Source: Paraspadella gotoi
Taxonomy: Eukaryota; Animalia; Chaetognatha
Direction: 5' to 3'
Length of the DNA stretch: 63,998 bases
Assembly: GCA_051294375.1 (NCBI GenBank)
Contig: CM119263.1
Location: 27,186,004 to 27,250,001 of the forward strand
In this document: positions 1 to 13,998 of the stretch, one piece after another
Numbering within the stretch: position 1 is the stretch's first letter
Layout of the letters: each line of letters starts with the position of its first letter
The notes under the pieces: generated by a model
What the model saw: only the letters and a program-made list of their open reading frames with translations
The model's database searches: none
What the model was told of the DNA's origin: nothing
Program-made: the position numbers and the translations under genes

Positions 1-779
1 ATAAACCCGTCACCCGTTTAGCCTTTGGGCGACATCTACATCGAGTTTTTAAAAGTTTTTTGTTTACTTTTTTTCGTCGCGGCGATAAATTGGTTGTCGT
101 CGTCGTCGTCGTCGTCGTCGTTTTCCTTTTATGACGGAAGGGAGAGCGACTAATCCTGAGGGAGGAAAGGAAAGGAAAATGTCACGAGGAAANNNNNNNN
201 NNTGCTTCGCCGCTGCTCCGCTTCCGCCCAAGATTGATGATCGACCGCCCGTAATTAGAGTCTCACATAAAGTCGCGTTTGTGAAAACGTTGCCCGAGGA
301 CGGCAGGGCCCGTGAACAGCTCACGAACGTGGATCGTGAAACGCCGCCGATTTTCGGGCATAAAAAGTTAAGTGGCGCCGGAAATGGAATCGGCGTCGTT
401 ACGACGCCGTCGTTGCCATGACGACGGTTCCATCGACGGAACGAACGGGAAGGACATAAATTTGGGGACGAAGAGGTTATTTTTAATGAGATGGAATTTA
501 TTGTAAAGGGATAAATTTAAAGTTTTGTATTTTGTATTGAGATTGAAGAATAGAACTCGACAGCTCATGTTGATTAATTTTCCTCAATTCAATTTTAGCT
601 TTAAAAACTCAGTTCAACTCGGCCCATTTTTTGAATGAATATTTTTTTTTAATTGTGGGTAATGATTTTTAAAAATAGGAAGATTGGTTTACTCTCAAAC
701 ATGAAAATAACTCTTTAAACATTTCTAAGAAATCGATCATGTCTCATCTCGCTTGAAAACAAATGGGACGCGAGGAAAA

Positions 780-3700
780 AGATAAAAACGCTCACCGTTT
801 CAGCCCGTGGGAATTGCGACGTTCCTTCGCTGAATACCCGTTTTTCGTCACGACAATGCAGACATCCGAGTTTTTTTTTTCGAAAAGCTTTTTTTTTGTT
901 TACTTTTTTTTGTCGCGGCGAATAATTGGTTGTCGATCGTCGTCCGTCTCGTCGTCGTTTGTCCTTTTATGACGCTCGGCAAGAGCGCCTAATCTGTGGG
1001 AGTAAAGGAAAGATAATGTCACCGAGGAAGGACTGAGAGTCATGTGGGGAGCGAAGAGAAGGCCGGGATCCACTCTGAACAACATGGTTTTATCTTTTAT
1101 TGGAGGCATGCAACGACCATGGAACTGAATGAAATAAATCTCATGAATCACGAGATATAATGATGGGATTAATAATAATGAATGTCCTTTGGGTTGGTAT
1201 GGAAGAATCCTCATATAAGTTAACTGAAGGGAATTAAACAGAAAAACGACATACGAGAGGAAATTGAATGGACCCTTCCTTGGTTTCCTTTTCTACAGCA
1301 GGCGAAGGGGGTGGGTTTTGAGGTGCGGAGTAGAGAGTGAGCACGTTCCCCCGAAGTACGTGCTGAATGATTGTTGAAGCCGTGTGAGGGTAGAAGCCGG
1401 CGGAGAAGGGGAGTCCGGGAAAGATCAAGATGATTATAGTTCGAGGCGCACTGGGATAAGAGACTTATCCGTGACGAAACCTCTCGTACACCCGGAAGAT
1501 GGACAGCTCATAACAACTCCGGGCTAAGGGAGAGCGGACCGTGGACATAAATAATTTAAGACAGCCAGGTAGACTGAGGAGGAAAGTAAGAAGGGCGGAC
1601 AATAATATTAGTGTTTTGTAAAAAAAGACGTAGAATTAATTGAGAAAAAGAAAGTAGGGAAAAAGAAAGAAAAAAAAAGAAGCATCTGATACAGAATCGC
1701 GACGAATACGATTAGGATTGGGGTATTCCTTTACCTTTACAGATACGATCAACGTGACTAGAAGCACTACAATTTATAGGCGGACTTGAATGACCATCTT
1801 AGATACAAATCAAACTTAGAATAAGAAGGCTGAAAAAAATATTAATAAACGTCTGGAATCATCACAAAAATCAATGGTGTGACACAAGCTCTCAATAAAC
1901 GTAATCTATAACCGTCGTGCATACTAAAAGTACATATGCATAAGTACTATAATCTTCTTCTTTCTCCTTCGTCTCTATTTCATTCGTTGCTACTCTCGGG
2001 GTCTCTTCTAGCCCTCTTTCTGTACGTCCGGCATCGGAAAGGAGATTATCTCACCTAGGTCCTCGGATCCGCTCCGCGGGGGAAAGCTGGTAAAATTCAC
2101 ATGACAAGTACAAGCCACTGGCACCATTCCAAGCGTTATTATATTTAGTTTATTGTTATTGAAAAAAATGTTCTTAAGCTCTCTTATTTCCATCCTACTT
2201 ATTACTATATTAAGTCGTTATTGATAAGGATTGTTATTATTACTATCATTAATAGTGATTCTTGGTAAATTTATTGATCTATAATACTCGTATTTGATAG
2301 CTTATGTTTTATTCGATGATAATTGTTTTTTATAGATTCTGACTTTTTTTTGGGTTTTTCTATTATCGTTTTCTCCCTTTGCGTGACTGCCATCGTTCGG
2401 CTTTCCTGCTGGTGGTTTTCATAACTTCCTTCCGGCGGCTGGACAACGGTCAGCCGTCCTTTCACTTCTCGCCTCATGGGAGGTCTCTCGCGTACTTACG
2501 GGAACAAGTGTTACAGATAACCCCTCGAATTCTTCCGTCTATTCTCTCCTCCTATGCCCCAGGTTTTCTACGCCCATGTTCTTTTTCACATTTGCCAATA
2601 TTTTCGTGGGCTTTATTCTTTCGGCTTTAACGAAATCAACACCATTTTGGGTTTAAATTTTTTTAAGGTTTTTTTCCATACACGTCTCCGTTCCTCGAAT
2701 TTCTATTCGGTAATACAAATTCCATTTTCAAACGGGTCAATCCCTCTACCATCAACTAAGGGCCAATTTGCCAATTACAGACAGACAGCGGACCATCAAC
2801 CGTCAAACCTTGACACAGATACACTTTGTCCTTACTTGCGGATTGCCTCGCCCACACAGGTGCACCTTTGCTTCCCGACTTGCATATCTCACTTCCCGCT
2901 GTGTACGTCTCCAAAGGTCGCACCGTCTTTTATGTCTCTCCAGCGCAAAAAATCTGTTTATTGCAAAACAAAAAGGTAGCCGTGAAATTTCTGTTCGTCC
3001 TTCCGTTATCACTGAAGGGTATTTGACATGCTTTTTATTCGATAATTCGCTCAAAATTTATACTGAACTCGGGTTGCTTGTGGAGCGCACACTGACGCGT
3101 AGAGCACTTGTTGTTAAATCGTCTGGGTTTCTGATGCGCTCTTATTTTGTATGTATGGTGCTCGTTATTTTAAATTTCCATTAATTTGCCAATTGTTTCG
3201 TGTTGCGTCCCAGAATCTTACTGTCTCGATACCGGTCTCTTCTCTTTTACTCTCATACGTCTTCGGTCTCTATGCTCTCTCCTCTCTCTCTTCTCTTCTC
3301 TCTCTGCTCTCTCTCCTCTCGCTCTTTCTCTCTGTTCATGTTCTTTTTTTCCTTTCATGCCTTAATACATTAATAATTCCCAAGCATATCCCCTCATATA
3401 AATATTAATGAAGATATAAGATTCTGTATCTTTTTTTTCTTTTCAAGGTAGTTCAATTTTTTCGCTCTCAGATAATTACGATCGTAATTCAACATCGGGA
3501 AGTTACACTCCGGATGGTAGACCTATGCTCGATTTCATTTGGTCACACTTGATAAATATGTTATCTGTGATTCCGAAAGGGTGACAGGTTTAGTTCTATT
3601 TGAGGAATCCAAAAAGTTGTGGATATGAACGCTAGTATTGTCTAGTATTAAGTGAAACTGTAAATGTGGTAATCGATTATGATGCGAATCGAAGGACTGT

Positions 3701-6134
3701 GATTTAGGCGGAGTCTTGACGCATCGAGGCGACCGAAGCCTACAACGAACACTCAATCGCGCTCTCTGAGCTACAAGGGTTGTCTCTTGGCGATCACGGC
3801 GAAGATTTGGTGGCACCCCGTCGCTCAGATTCAGACGGCGCCTTGAACTCGAGCTTTCGCAGGAATATTCGCAACACACATTGGGTGCGAACAGCCTCTC
3901 TATTCACTCTCTTGTTATTTCTCTTCTCTTCTCTTTTGGTTTTTTTTCATCTCTTTTTCCTCTCTTCCTTCTTTTTCCTTCCTTTCACTTTTATTCGCTC
4001 TTCTAATTCTATTCTCTTCTGTTTTCTTCTCTTCTCTTTTTTTTCTTTTCTTTTTTCCTTGCGTGTTCCCTTTTTCTCTTTTAGTCTCTTTCTATTGTCT
4101 TCTTTCTACTCTGTTTGCCCTTCCTTCTTCAACTTCTATCTCTTCTAATCTCTTCATCTTCTTCTTTCTTTTTTTTTCGCTCTTTCTTTTTCCTTCGTGT
4201 TTCTTCGGCGCGCCCTTTCTTTGTGCCTTTATCGCACTTCCTAATCACTTCTCTTTCTCTTCTTTTCGCTTAGCTAAGTTGCGTCGATAAGCGTGGGTGC
4301 CTACTTCTATACATTCTCCGATAGATTTGAAGTAAAGGTATGTGCATATAAAAACTTGGAAGAGGAGTGGCAGCTTACTTAATGTTATTTTTTTTCAGTA
4401 AGTGGATGCTCTTACCCTCGAATCCACTTGTCCCTAGTCTCAGCTATACTTACTCGCGCTTGCGGTATTATTCTTGCCGAGAGAAAGCTTACCAGACGAA
4501 CAGAACTCACGCGTGGCGCGAAATAACCAACGCTTGTTCGAGCCGGCCAATCGTTCGCAGCAAAGAACCGAAGTTGTTTCTGAATTGCTTTGCCCGAGTA
4601 GTAAACAATAGCGATTGCTCGGCTTACGAAATCTTTTCCAAGTGAGCTTCATTTTCTTTTTGCAGATGGGTGGAAAGTCGACCCTAACGTCACGGCAAAT
4701 ACATGGAGAGACGTGTTGTCTGCTTGACCGCGGCGAGGCGTCGTTCCAAATACGTCGAATTCTCTCCATCGCCCCATCAAAGACCAAGCGGACGATCCAA
4801 TCGTCGATTTTGGGTGTCCCACTGTGTTTAAGGTGAGCATTTCGGGTCGTTTTAAATCTTATTTTTTTTTTAAAGTTTGGTTGTCAGGAGTGTGATACGA
4901 ATTGAATAGGTAGGTTATAATCTTTAAGAGGTTTGACTTGATTTATTGATTTGTATTGAGAAATCATGACGTGAAGAGAGGATATTAGGGATTGAGAGGA
5001 GAATTATTGATTCTTTAGTTGTGATAATCTTGCGTTTTAAGGTCAGCTGTACTAATTGAATAGAGATGGCAATAGAGTAGGCGTATATGCCTTCGTCTTT
5101 TGCTCCTGCGCGGGTCATATACTCACGCGCCTCGCGACTATGAGATGTATTGACTGTATGACTCGTGCTCAAGTCGTACGTGGCATCCGGTTCGACCTTG
5201 GCTAAGTGATTCACGTAACGCGCGTCCCAGTCTGTATGCCGTTCATGGATCTGGTCGTCTTCCTTTATTGTTCTCTTACTCCAAATTTTTGTCCGTTTTG
5301 TGTAAACCAACAGACCACCGCGGCATCATCGCAGTCACAACATATGGGCAGAGAGGCCCTTAATGCACTCACAACAGTAGCGTTTTCTTTTATGTATATC
5401 GCGAACGAGAGCCTTCGCTTCGTTTTGCGATCCCAGCACTGAGTCGAAGCAGCAGCGGACGACGGCGACGACGACGAACGCGAACGAAGCTGAGGAGAAA
5501 GACGACGGACGAGACGATCGCGACGGAACGGAGACGACGCACGGACGACGACGACCGAGACGAAGCGGACGAGGGGAAGAAAGCGGAGAGAATTGTGTGA
5601 GATCAATTGAGGATCCGGGGCATGATACAGCAGTAGCGTACCGTTGACAGATGCCCCCCTTCAAAAAATGAAAAAAGGATATGAGAATGGAAATGGAAGA
5701 CTCGACCTCTTTCCTTCACTTTCACAGGTACGGTCGGTAGGTCGGATAATAGAGGAGAGGCGAAGTTCTCGGAAGTGCTGAGAGAGAATTTGGCGGCGTA
5801 TGGTAGGGAAAAGTACTACGAGGACTAGCTTCAGAAAAAAAAAATCGTTAATGACCTGTAAATTGCAGAACCTTGGATTAGCAGGTGATAAATTAAAAGG
5901 GAAAAGTGGTTACTAACGATGTGTGAGCGGATGAGAGTAGTAAGGGAAGGGAGGATGTGAGAGTACAGAGAGGAGAGCTAATACGCGATAAACTCGGTTC
6001 CTTGTTAAGAACTTTTTACAATCTCCTACGAACGACCTCAAACTAACGACTAAGTAGTCCCCACTATGTATACTAATTATGTTTAAGTATGTAAGCGTTT
6101 AAGGTTGACAGATGACAAAAAGACGCTTCACGCT
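780..6134 (+). repeat. Highly degraded copy of window positions ~1-760 and ~6600-8070 (probable raw noisy read)
   Basis: Anchors: 880-1030 vs 50-192; 2625-2770 vs 6635-6755; 2980-3020 vs 6905-6940; 5255-5298 vs 7628-7668; 5641-5668 vs 7781-7808; 5832-5910 vs 7853-7925; 6031-6065 vs 7965-7998. Confidence 0.85.
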
Positions 6135-7709
6135 NNNNNNNNNNNNNNNNNNNNNNNNNAAGAGGGACGGGTGAGGCGAGGGTGGGTTTTGAGGATGAGT
6201 AGATGAGGGTGAGTTAAGGTGAAGGTGAGCGGGAGAAGGAGGACGAAAGTCAAAGTGATTTATTCGCGATTAAGAGATGAGACGAAAAGATGGAACTCAG
6301 ACTGAGACAGAGAAAGAAATAGAAAAAAAATTNNNNNNNNNNNNNNNNNNNNNNNNNNNNNNNNNNNNNNNNNNNNNNNNNNNNNNNNNNNNNNNNNNNN
6401 NNNNNNNNNNNNNNNNNNNNNNNNNNNNNNNNNNNNNNNNNNNNNNNNNNNNNNNNNNNNNNNNNNNNNNNNNNNNNNNNNNNNNNNNNNNNNNNNNNNN
6501 NNNNNNNNNNNNNNNNNNNNNNNNNNNNNNNNNNNNNNNNNNNNTTTTTTTTTTCAGCTTGGTTTTTTTCGCTTTCCTCTTCCGCAATCCCATTTTCTCT
6601 CTGCAATTTGCATATCGCATTTTTTTCTTTCGCTAACGAAATAACACCAATTTTGGTTAAATTTTTTAAGGTTTTTTTCTAAAAATCTCCCTCGAATTTC
6701 TATTTAAAATCCATTTTCAAAGGGTCAATCCTTACTCAAACTAATGGCAGATTTGAGTCCAAAAAGCGACCATCAAACCGTCAAATTCAAAAATTCTGCG
6801 ATGGCCTCGCCACAAGTCACCTTCGACCCCGCTTCCTTCCTTCCTCTTTCAAAGGTCGAATTTTTTATCTCTCACCCAAAAATCTTTTCAAAAACAAAAG
6901 TTAAGCGGAAATTTCGTTCGTCCTTCCTTATCACTGAATGGTATTTAGAATAGTATTTTATTGATAATCGCAAAATTTAAGTGTGTTATCGTTTTATGGT
7001 TTAAGTATGTATATAGGTGCGTACTTTAAATTCCTTAAATTTGCCAATTTCGTTTTGCGTCCAGAATCTTCGTCTCTCTCTCTCTCTCTCTGTTCATGTT
7101 CTCTGTTTTTCCTTTATTTCCTTTATTCCCAAGCTTCCTTACCACTGAAATAAAGGTTTTTTTTCTTTTCAATTTCGATTTTCGGTTTCGATCGTAAAAA
7201 CTGGATTTACGGTTCGATTTTGACCCTGAAAGTCGAGAAAGGCTAAAAAAAAATGAAAGAGAAAAAGGAAAGGAGAAAGCAAGGAAAGATTTTTGGGGTG
7301 ACACGTGCGTAGAAAAGGGGAAAGGGAAAGAGAGAGAGTNNNNNNNNNNNNNNNNNNNNNNNNNNNNNNNNNNNNNNNNNNNNNNNNNNNNNNNNNNNNN
7401 NNNNNNNNNNNNNNNNNNNNNNNNNNNNNNNNNNNNNNNNNNNNNNNNNNNNNNNNNNNNNNNNNNNNNNNNNNNNNNNNNNNNNNNNNNNNNNNNNNNN
7501 NNNNNNNNNNNNNNNNNNNNNNNNNNNNNNNNNNNNNNNNNNNNNNTCGTCTTTCGCGTTCGACGATATGAAGTTTGACTTTTGACTCTTAAAGTCGTCG
7601 TCATTGTTATCGTCGTCATCGTCGTCGTCGTCTTCTTTATTGTTTCTCTTACTCAATTTCTTGTCCGTCGTAAAGCGTTCAAAAGGGCGCAATAAACATT
7701 TTTTTTGTT

Positions 7710-7744
<35 letters not shown>

Positions 7745-10700
7745 GAAAGTCGATGTTTTCATTCGTCGCTTACACTTCGTCGTTGACAAGATGCCCCCTT
7801 CAAAAAAAAAAAAGTATAATGATGGAGATATCATAAATTATGAACAACTCTACAGAAAAAAAAATCGTTAATGACCTCTGTAAATTGCGGACATTAATAG
7901 CAGGTGAATAAATAAGGGAAAAGTTTAAAATTTCTTATTTAAAATATTTACCTCATCATCTGACGAACGACATCAAACTAAAACGATAAGTCCCCACTTT
8001 CTATTTTTAGCGCAAACAGCCCTCACAGTAAACAACAACATCAACAACAACGACAACAAGACGCAACGTCCCGCGGATTCTCTCATTTCCCATTAATTCA
8101 GACAATCGACCGCAATCAAGGTCGCCTCTACATCCTTCACCGCCCCCCCTCCGCCCCCACCTCCCTATAATCACATGACTCAAGCTGTTGCGTCCTCATA
8201 TTTTACGCCGCGTCTCATCCTCGTCGACGTCGCCAGCGAGTGCGTCGCTGCGTGCGATGTTGCGTGTTAGACGCTGCGTGCGATGCTGCGTGTGTCTGCC
8301 TCCTCTGGGGCGTGGCCGTGGACGCACTCGGAGTGACTTTTGTATTCTCGCGAACCTGGCAATACAGAAAAAAAAAAAAACTTAAACATTAAAATTAAAG
8401 TTTCTTGTGACGATCGTTATTGAATTCCTATTTGAATTTTTCCTTCGCTGCTTNNNNNNNNNNNNNNNNNNNNNNNNNNNNNNNNNNNNNNNNNNNNNNN
8501 NNNNNNNNNNNNNNNNNNNNNNNNNNNNNNNNNNNNNNNNNNNNNNNNNNNNNNNNNNNNNNNNNNNNNNNNNNNNNNNNNNNNNNNNNNNNNNNNNNNN
8601 NNNNNNNNNNNNNNNNNNNNNNNNNNNNNNNNNNNNNNNNNNNNNNNNNNNNNNNNNNNNNNNNNNNNNNNNNNNNNNNNNNNNNNNNCTCTCTCTCTCT
8701 CTTCTCGGGTTTAAACAAGGATTAAGTCTTCACGTGTTCCCTCTCCGGAAACACGGACGTGATGGCGTCTCTGGAGTGAAGCGTCCGCGAGAGACTTGAG
8801 ATTACGGGATGTGACGGGCGTGAGACTGGCGAGACGATGACACTGCGAGTGACACTGATGACTGTGGTACAGTGATACAGGATGAAAGTGAAAAGATGAC
8901 TGTGAGACAAAATGACAGTGACTCAAGATGACAGCGAAGGGAAACCGAAAAAGGCTTGGTAAACATTACAAATAAGATTACATAAACATTTCTTGAAACA
9001 TGAATTTCTTAAGATCAATCTTGCAGCTTTTGTTTTCTTATATCCGTCGCGGATACGATACAACTGATTGCATGGTCAATTCTTCGCGGTCGACAGCAAC
9101 AGGGCCGTTCACGCTGACTGCACCGCTGACTGCACCATCGACCGGTTGACTGCATCTGAGGGAAACTCGAGTTTTATTGCAGTTGCGATGCGCGAAGGAA
9201 GAGCGAACAGAGAATCTGACGAATTCTCGTCGAGCGAACCGTGGGACAGAGATCGGCTTGACCCCAAAGAGAGGAAGGGTGTGGTCAGTGAAAAAATTGG
9301 GAAAGGGAATGTGGATGAATAAATGGACAAAATGAGAAGTAGGGAAAATGGGAAATAGGGAAGTTGGATTATGAAGAAATGGACAAATGGAAAAGTTGTG
9401 GAATGTAAAAATGGAGAAAAGGCACAGGGGCGAGTTGAGGAAGAGGCGGTGAGCGTAATTCCGAAAATGATAAAATAGAAAAGTTTTTCAAGTGAACATG
9501 CAGGAAGGTGGTAAGCCTGTTNNNNNNNNNNNNNNNNNNNNNNNNNNNNNNNNNNNNNNNNNNNNNNNNNNNNNNNNNNNNNNNNNNNNNNNNNNNNNNN
9601 NNNNNNNNNNNNNNNNNNNNNNNNNNNNNNNNNNNNNNNNNNNNNNNNNNNNNNNNNNNNNNNNNNNNNNNNNNNNNNNNNNNNNNNNNNNNNNNNNNNN
9701 NNNNNNNNNNNNNNNNNNNNNNNNNNNNNNNNNNNNNNNNNNNNNNNNNNNNNNNNNNNNNNNNNNNNNNNNNNNNNNNNNNNNNNNNNNNNNNNNNNNN
9801 NNNNNNNNNNNNNNNNNNNNNNNNNNNNNNNNNNNNNNNNNNNNNNNNNNNNNNNNNNNNNNNNNNNNNNNNNNNNNNNNNNNNNNNNNNNNNNNNNNNN
9901 NNNNNNNNNNNNNNNNNNNNNNNNNNNNNNNNNNNNNNNNNNNNNNNNNNNNNNNNNNNNNNNNNNNNNNNNNNNNNNNNNNNNNNNNNNNNNNNNNNNN
10001 NNNNNNNNNNNNNNNNNNNNNNNNNNNNNNNNNNNNNNNNNNNNNNNNNNNNNNNNNNNNNNNNNNNNNNNNNNNNNNNNNNNNNNNNNNNNNNNNNNNN
10101 NNNNNNNNNNNNNNNNNNNNNNNNNNNNNNNNNNNNNNNNNNNNNNNNNNNNTCGCCCAACGACTTCAGGCTAATTATCTTTAACGAAACCAGAAAGAAG
10201 ACGTTTTTTCCGTCACAGTTTCATCTCCCGTCAGTCCAGACAAAATAATCCATTTACATCCGGGTATTTATATATCAAAACTGAAACAAAAAGAACAAGA
10301 TGAGCCACAACTCAAATTCTTTTTCCGCTTTTAAAAGTGGAGCATCTTTTCCATCTCCTCTTTACTCCTCCGCTAAATTCTCGTTCTACTTCTCTCACTT
10401 TTACAACTGCCCGCCTTTCATTACGCCCTCCTTCACCGCCACCATCTCCAACAACACCGCCCCTACCACCCACCCTTTCCATTTCCCGATGCCTTTTTTT
10501 ACCGCCGGTTGAGTCATAACGCGGCGCGTCTCGACCGGCGTCGTTCCAGCGCTTCCTCCCTCGCGCCGGAAAGGGAGAGTCGGCGCCGTTTCTTCGCCAC
10601 GCCTCTCAAAAACAAGACCTCGAATCGAGAGTCGATGGGTCCGCCCCGCCATCCCCCTAAAGCCGCCCCCTGCCCCCCGCCTCGCCGCCATCTCTCTCTC

Positions 10701-11543
10701 TCTAGCGCTCTCTTGAGAACGCTCGTCCTTGAATCCGTTCTCTCTCTCACCAGCTCCTTCACCCATCCTCCAGATTTGACTCTGTCTCACACACTCTCTC
10801 TCTCTCTCCCTCGCGCCGACTCTGTCTCGCTCCGTTAAAAGATGAACCCGTTTTGGATGTGACGGGATACCCTTTCTCTTTGCCCTTTTCTTCCTTCTTT
10901 TTTCTCTCGTTCTTTCGAAATTTCGTCGTCGTAGTCGTCTTCGTCGTCGAATTTTTTTCTCATAAATTTTCAAAGCCAAATACATTGCTTTCGTTATCAA
11001 ATTAATTTAAGGGTTTGGGTTTTTCGCCCTTAGCTTAAATCTCTATACTTTTTACGAGCAACTTGTTACTCGCCACTTGTTATTCACTCAAACAAAATTT
11101 CCCGACATCCACGGGCCATTACCACTCGCATTCCAACCCCCACACCGAAGCCCACATTGACGCCATTAACCCCACAAACCCCAACCACTCCGTCAACCAC
11201 ATCAACTCCACCTCATCTCCTTTTGCTCGATGTCTCTCCGATTGCGATGTTCGACATTTTCTCTCTTGACGACGACAACAACAACATCAAGGACGACAAC
11301 AAAAACCACAAACAGAAGTGAAAAACTATTTCAGTTGATCAATATTTTTTTTAAAAAACGTGAAAGCTAAATTTTATACAATATTAAAAAATAAAAAGTA
11401 AACCTGTCATGAATATTAAATGGGACGATGTTATAAAGCATTTAGCAAAAAGGCGGTTGAAACGTAGGAAACCCCCTGGCGGTGAATTAATGGAACGACG
11501 AAGGGGAAATTAAAAACATGATTAAGAGCAAGGCGGGAAGAAA

Positions 11544-11579
<36 letters not shown>

Positions 11580-11769
11580 GCTCGCGGCGTCAAAGAGAAC
11601 AATCTCGCGACGCCCTGTTGCTTCCACAACGTCAGGGGGCGTTTCCCTCTCTCTAAAAATGGGCAGAACCCAAAACAGCGTCAGTCGTCGTCTTGATGAC
11701 TGCGATGACGAAGATGACGATGTTGACGACGCGAGTGTGACGTTAACGACGACGAAGAATGACTTCGAC

Positions 11770-11815
<46 letters not shown>

Positions 11816-11936
11816 GGAGGGAAATCAAATTTTCCGCGCAATCGGACTTCAAAGGGAGAAAAAAAAAGATGGCGACGAGGAAAGAGGAAAGAAAGAGATG
11901 GTCACGTGACCCAATTGTTGCGTCGTAAAGATGTGA

Positions 11937-11986
<50 letters not shown>

Positions 11987-12258
11987 GATGAACAGAGCGA
12001 GAAATAGGAGAGCCACAAAAAATATAGGGCGCATGTAAACAGACGCAAAAACAAGAAAGAAGCGAAGAAAAGAATATTTTTGAATCTAAAATTCGGCGCC
12101 AACTTTCTTTGTGGGCGTGGAGCCAAGTTTTCCTCTTCGAAAAGATGACGTATGTTCACTTCCGGTTTGAGGAGAGAAAATAGATTCTTTTTCATCCGCG
12201 TCGTAAAATTCGACGAGCGAGAGAGAGCTTTATTTTCTCTTTTTCTCCTCTCTCCTCT

Positions 12259-12308
<50 letters not shown>

Positions 12309-12814
12309 TCTCTCTCTCTCTCTCTCTCTCATCTCTCTCTCTTTCCCTCCAACTCACGGCCGTAAAAAATTTCCATGTTAAATCCCTCCAACAATAAAGT
12401 AATCACCCAACGCCATTACGTGAATTGCTGGCGGCGCGTGGGCGCCCTGCGACGCCGCTTATGCCGCCACCGACGTTGCTTCCGCCGCTTCGCTGCGGCG
12501 CCGCGCCCCGTGACGTCATTCCTCGACGACGATGGCCAAACAATGAAGTGACGCTCGAGATTTTGTTCCGTGAGATGAGGGTGACTTATTTGGGAGATTC
12601 ACGGCCGTGATCCGGAAGTTCACGCGGCGGTCGTTGGGAGGTCGTGGTTCCGTTTCGTCGGAAGACTTTGCTTAATGAGATTATTCAAATCAGACGAGTT
12701 CGGTGAATAAGATTTTCAAATGATTCACTGTTTTATGTCGGGTTTAGTAGACTAAAATAGATGTTACTTTCTTGAGTCAATTTTTACATAAATTCCTTGT
12801 GTTTTTTCCTTTCT

Positions 12815-12863
12815 GTTTGAATTGGCGCTGAAGAAGACTCGTATGTGAGTCGAATGAAATAAA
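12815..12863 (+). pseudogene. Truncated copy of the same hammerhead motif
   Basis: Identical ctgaagaagactcgtatgtgagtcgaa, followed directly by tgaaataaa. The 16 nt catgtctgttaaacta (helix III, cleavage site and 3' strand of helix I) are missing. Confidence 0.5.
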
Positions 12864-13857
12864 AAATCGTTTTGTTTTAATCTCTCTTCAAAACTTTGTA
12901 CATTAAATTCCTTTATTTGAAAGTAAGGAGAGTTAAAATTTTACGAGACCGGTCTTTATATTCATTTTCGAAAAATTAGGCGGAGAGAAAATTTCAGAAA
13001 TAAATTATTCGCGATTTTGTCTCTGATTTTGATAACGAATTATTAATAAATCCCTAGACTCAACATTTAATTGACTTCATAAATGCGTCCACTCCCCTTC
13101 CCATCGCGGACCCGTCGACCCTGTCCTATCGCCGGCGCCATCTGAGAAGACTTCATTCCAATAATTGTCGAGCCTGACCGCGATGGCACGTCGGACCGTG
13201 CGGGGCTGCCCGGCCGAGAGGGCGCCCGACCCAACGACCCGACGACCCGGAATCGTAACTTTCGGTTTCTAGAGACGCTCAACTCGTTGTCTAAGAGTAA
13301 GAGAGAGAGAGAGAGAGAGGAGGTCAATAATTGCCCGATTCTCCCAAAATTGACCCCTTTTTGATCCAACGCCGTTTACTCCTGAGAATTTGTGTTCGAA
13401 AGAGCTTCTCGCTTTTTGTTGTTAAAGCGAAGAAAAAAAAAGATAAAAGAAAAACGATGACTCATCAACGCAAATGTTGATTTTTCTGGCAGAATACTAC
13501 TTTAGACTTTATCACTTAACGGCCAACGAAGAAGGGCCAATATCAATAGAAAGAGAGGCCAAAAAGAAAATGAAGAACGGTCGTCGTCGTCGTCGTCCCT
13601 TGACCCACTTCCGGTGAAGGCGTCAATGGAGATTGGCAGGAATTTTAATGGGATGCTTCGATCTTCTCGACTAAAATAGAAAACTCAGATTGGCAGAGAA
13701 CAATTATAGTACATTGTACAATTGTATAATGTATATTGTACATTGTTTATAATTGTATATGAATAAAAAGTGAGCACGTTATTTTTTTATTTTAAACGTT
13801 TAATGCTTTAAGTTTTGTGTATTTGCTAGTTTGTTGATTTTATCTTTCATACTCTCG

Positions 13858-13998
<141 letters not shown>

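Noticed and set aside
8855-8880. ctgatga-ctgt-ggt-acag hammerhead-like start; likewise ctgacga at ~9216 and ctgatga at ~14365
   Set aside because: No GAAA box follows helix II, and there is no helix I/III or NUH site.
9399-9420. tggaatgtaaa match to the 5' end of miR-1
   Set aside because: The sequence diverges after 11 nt, and the purine-rich context offers no complementary hairpin arm.
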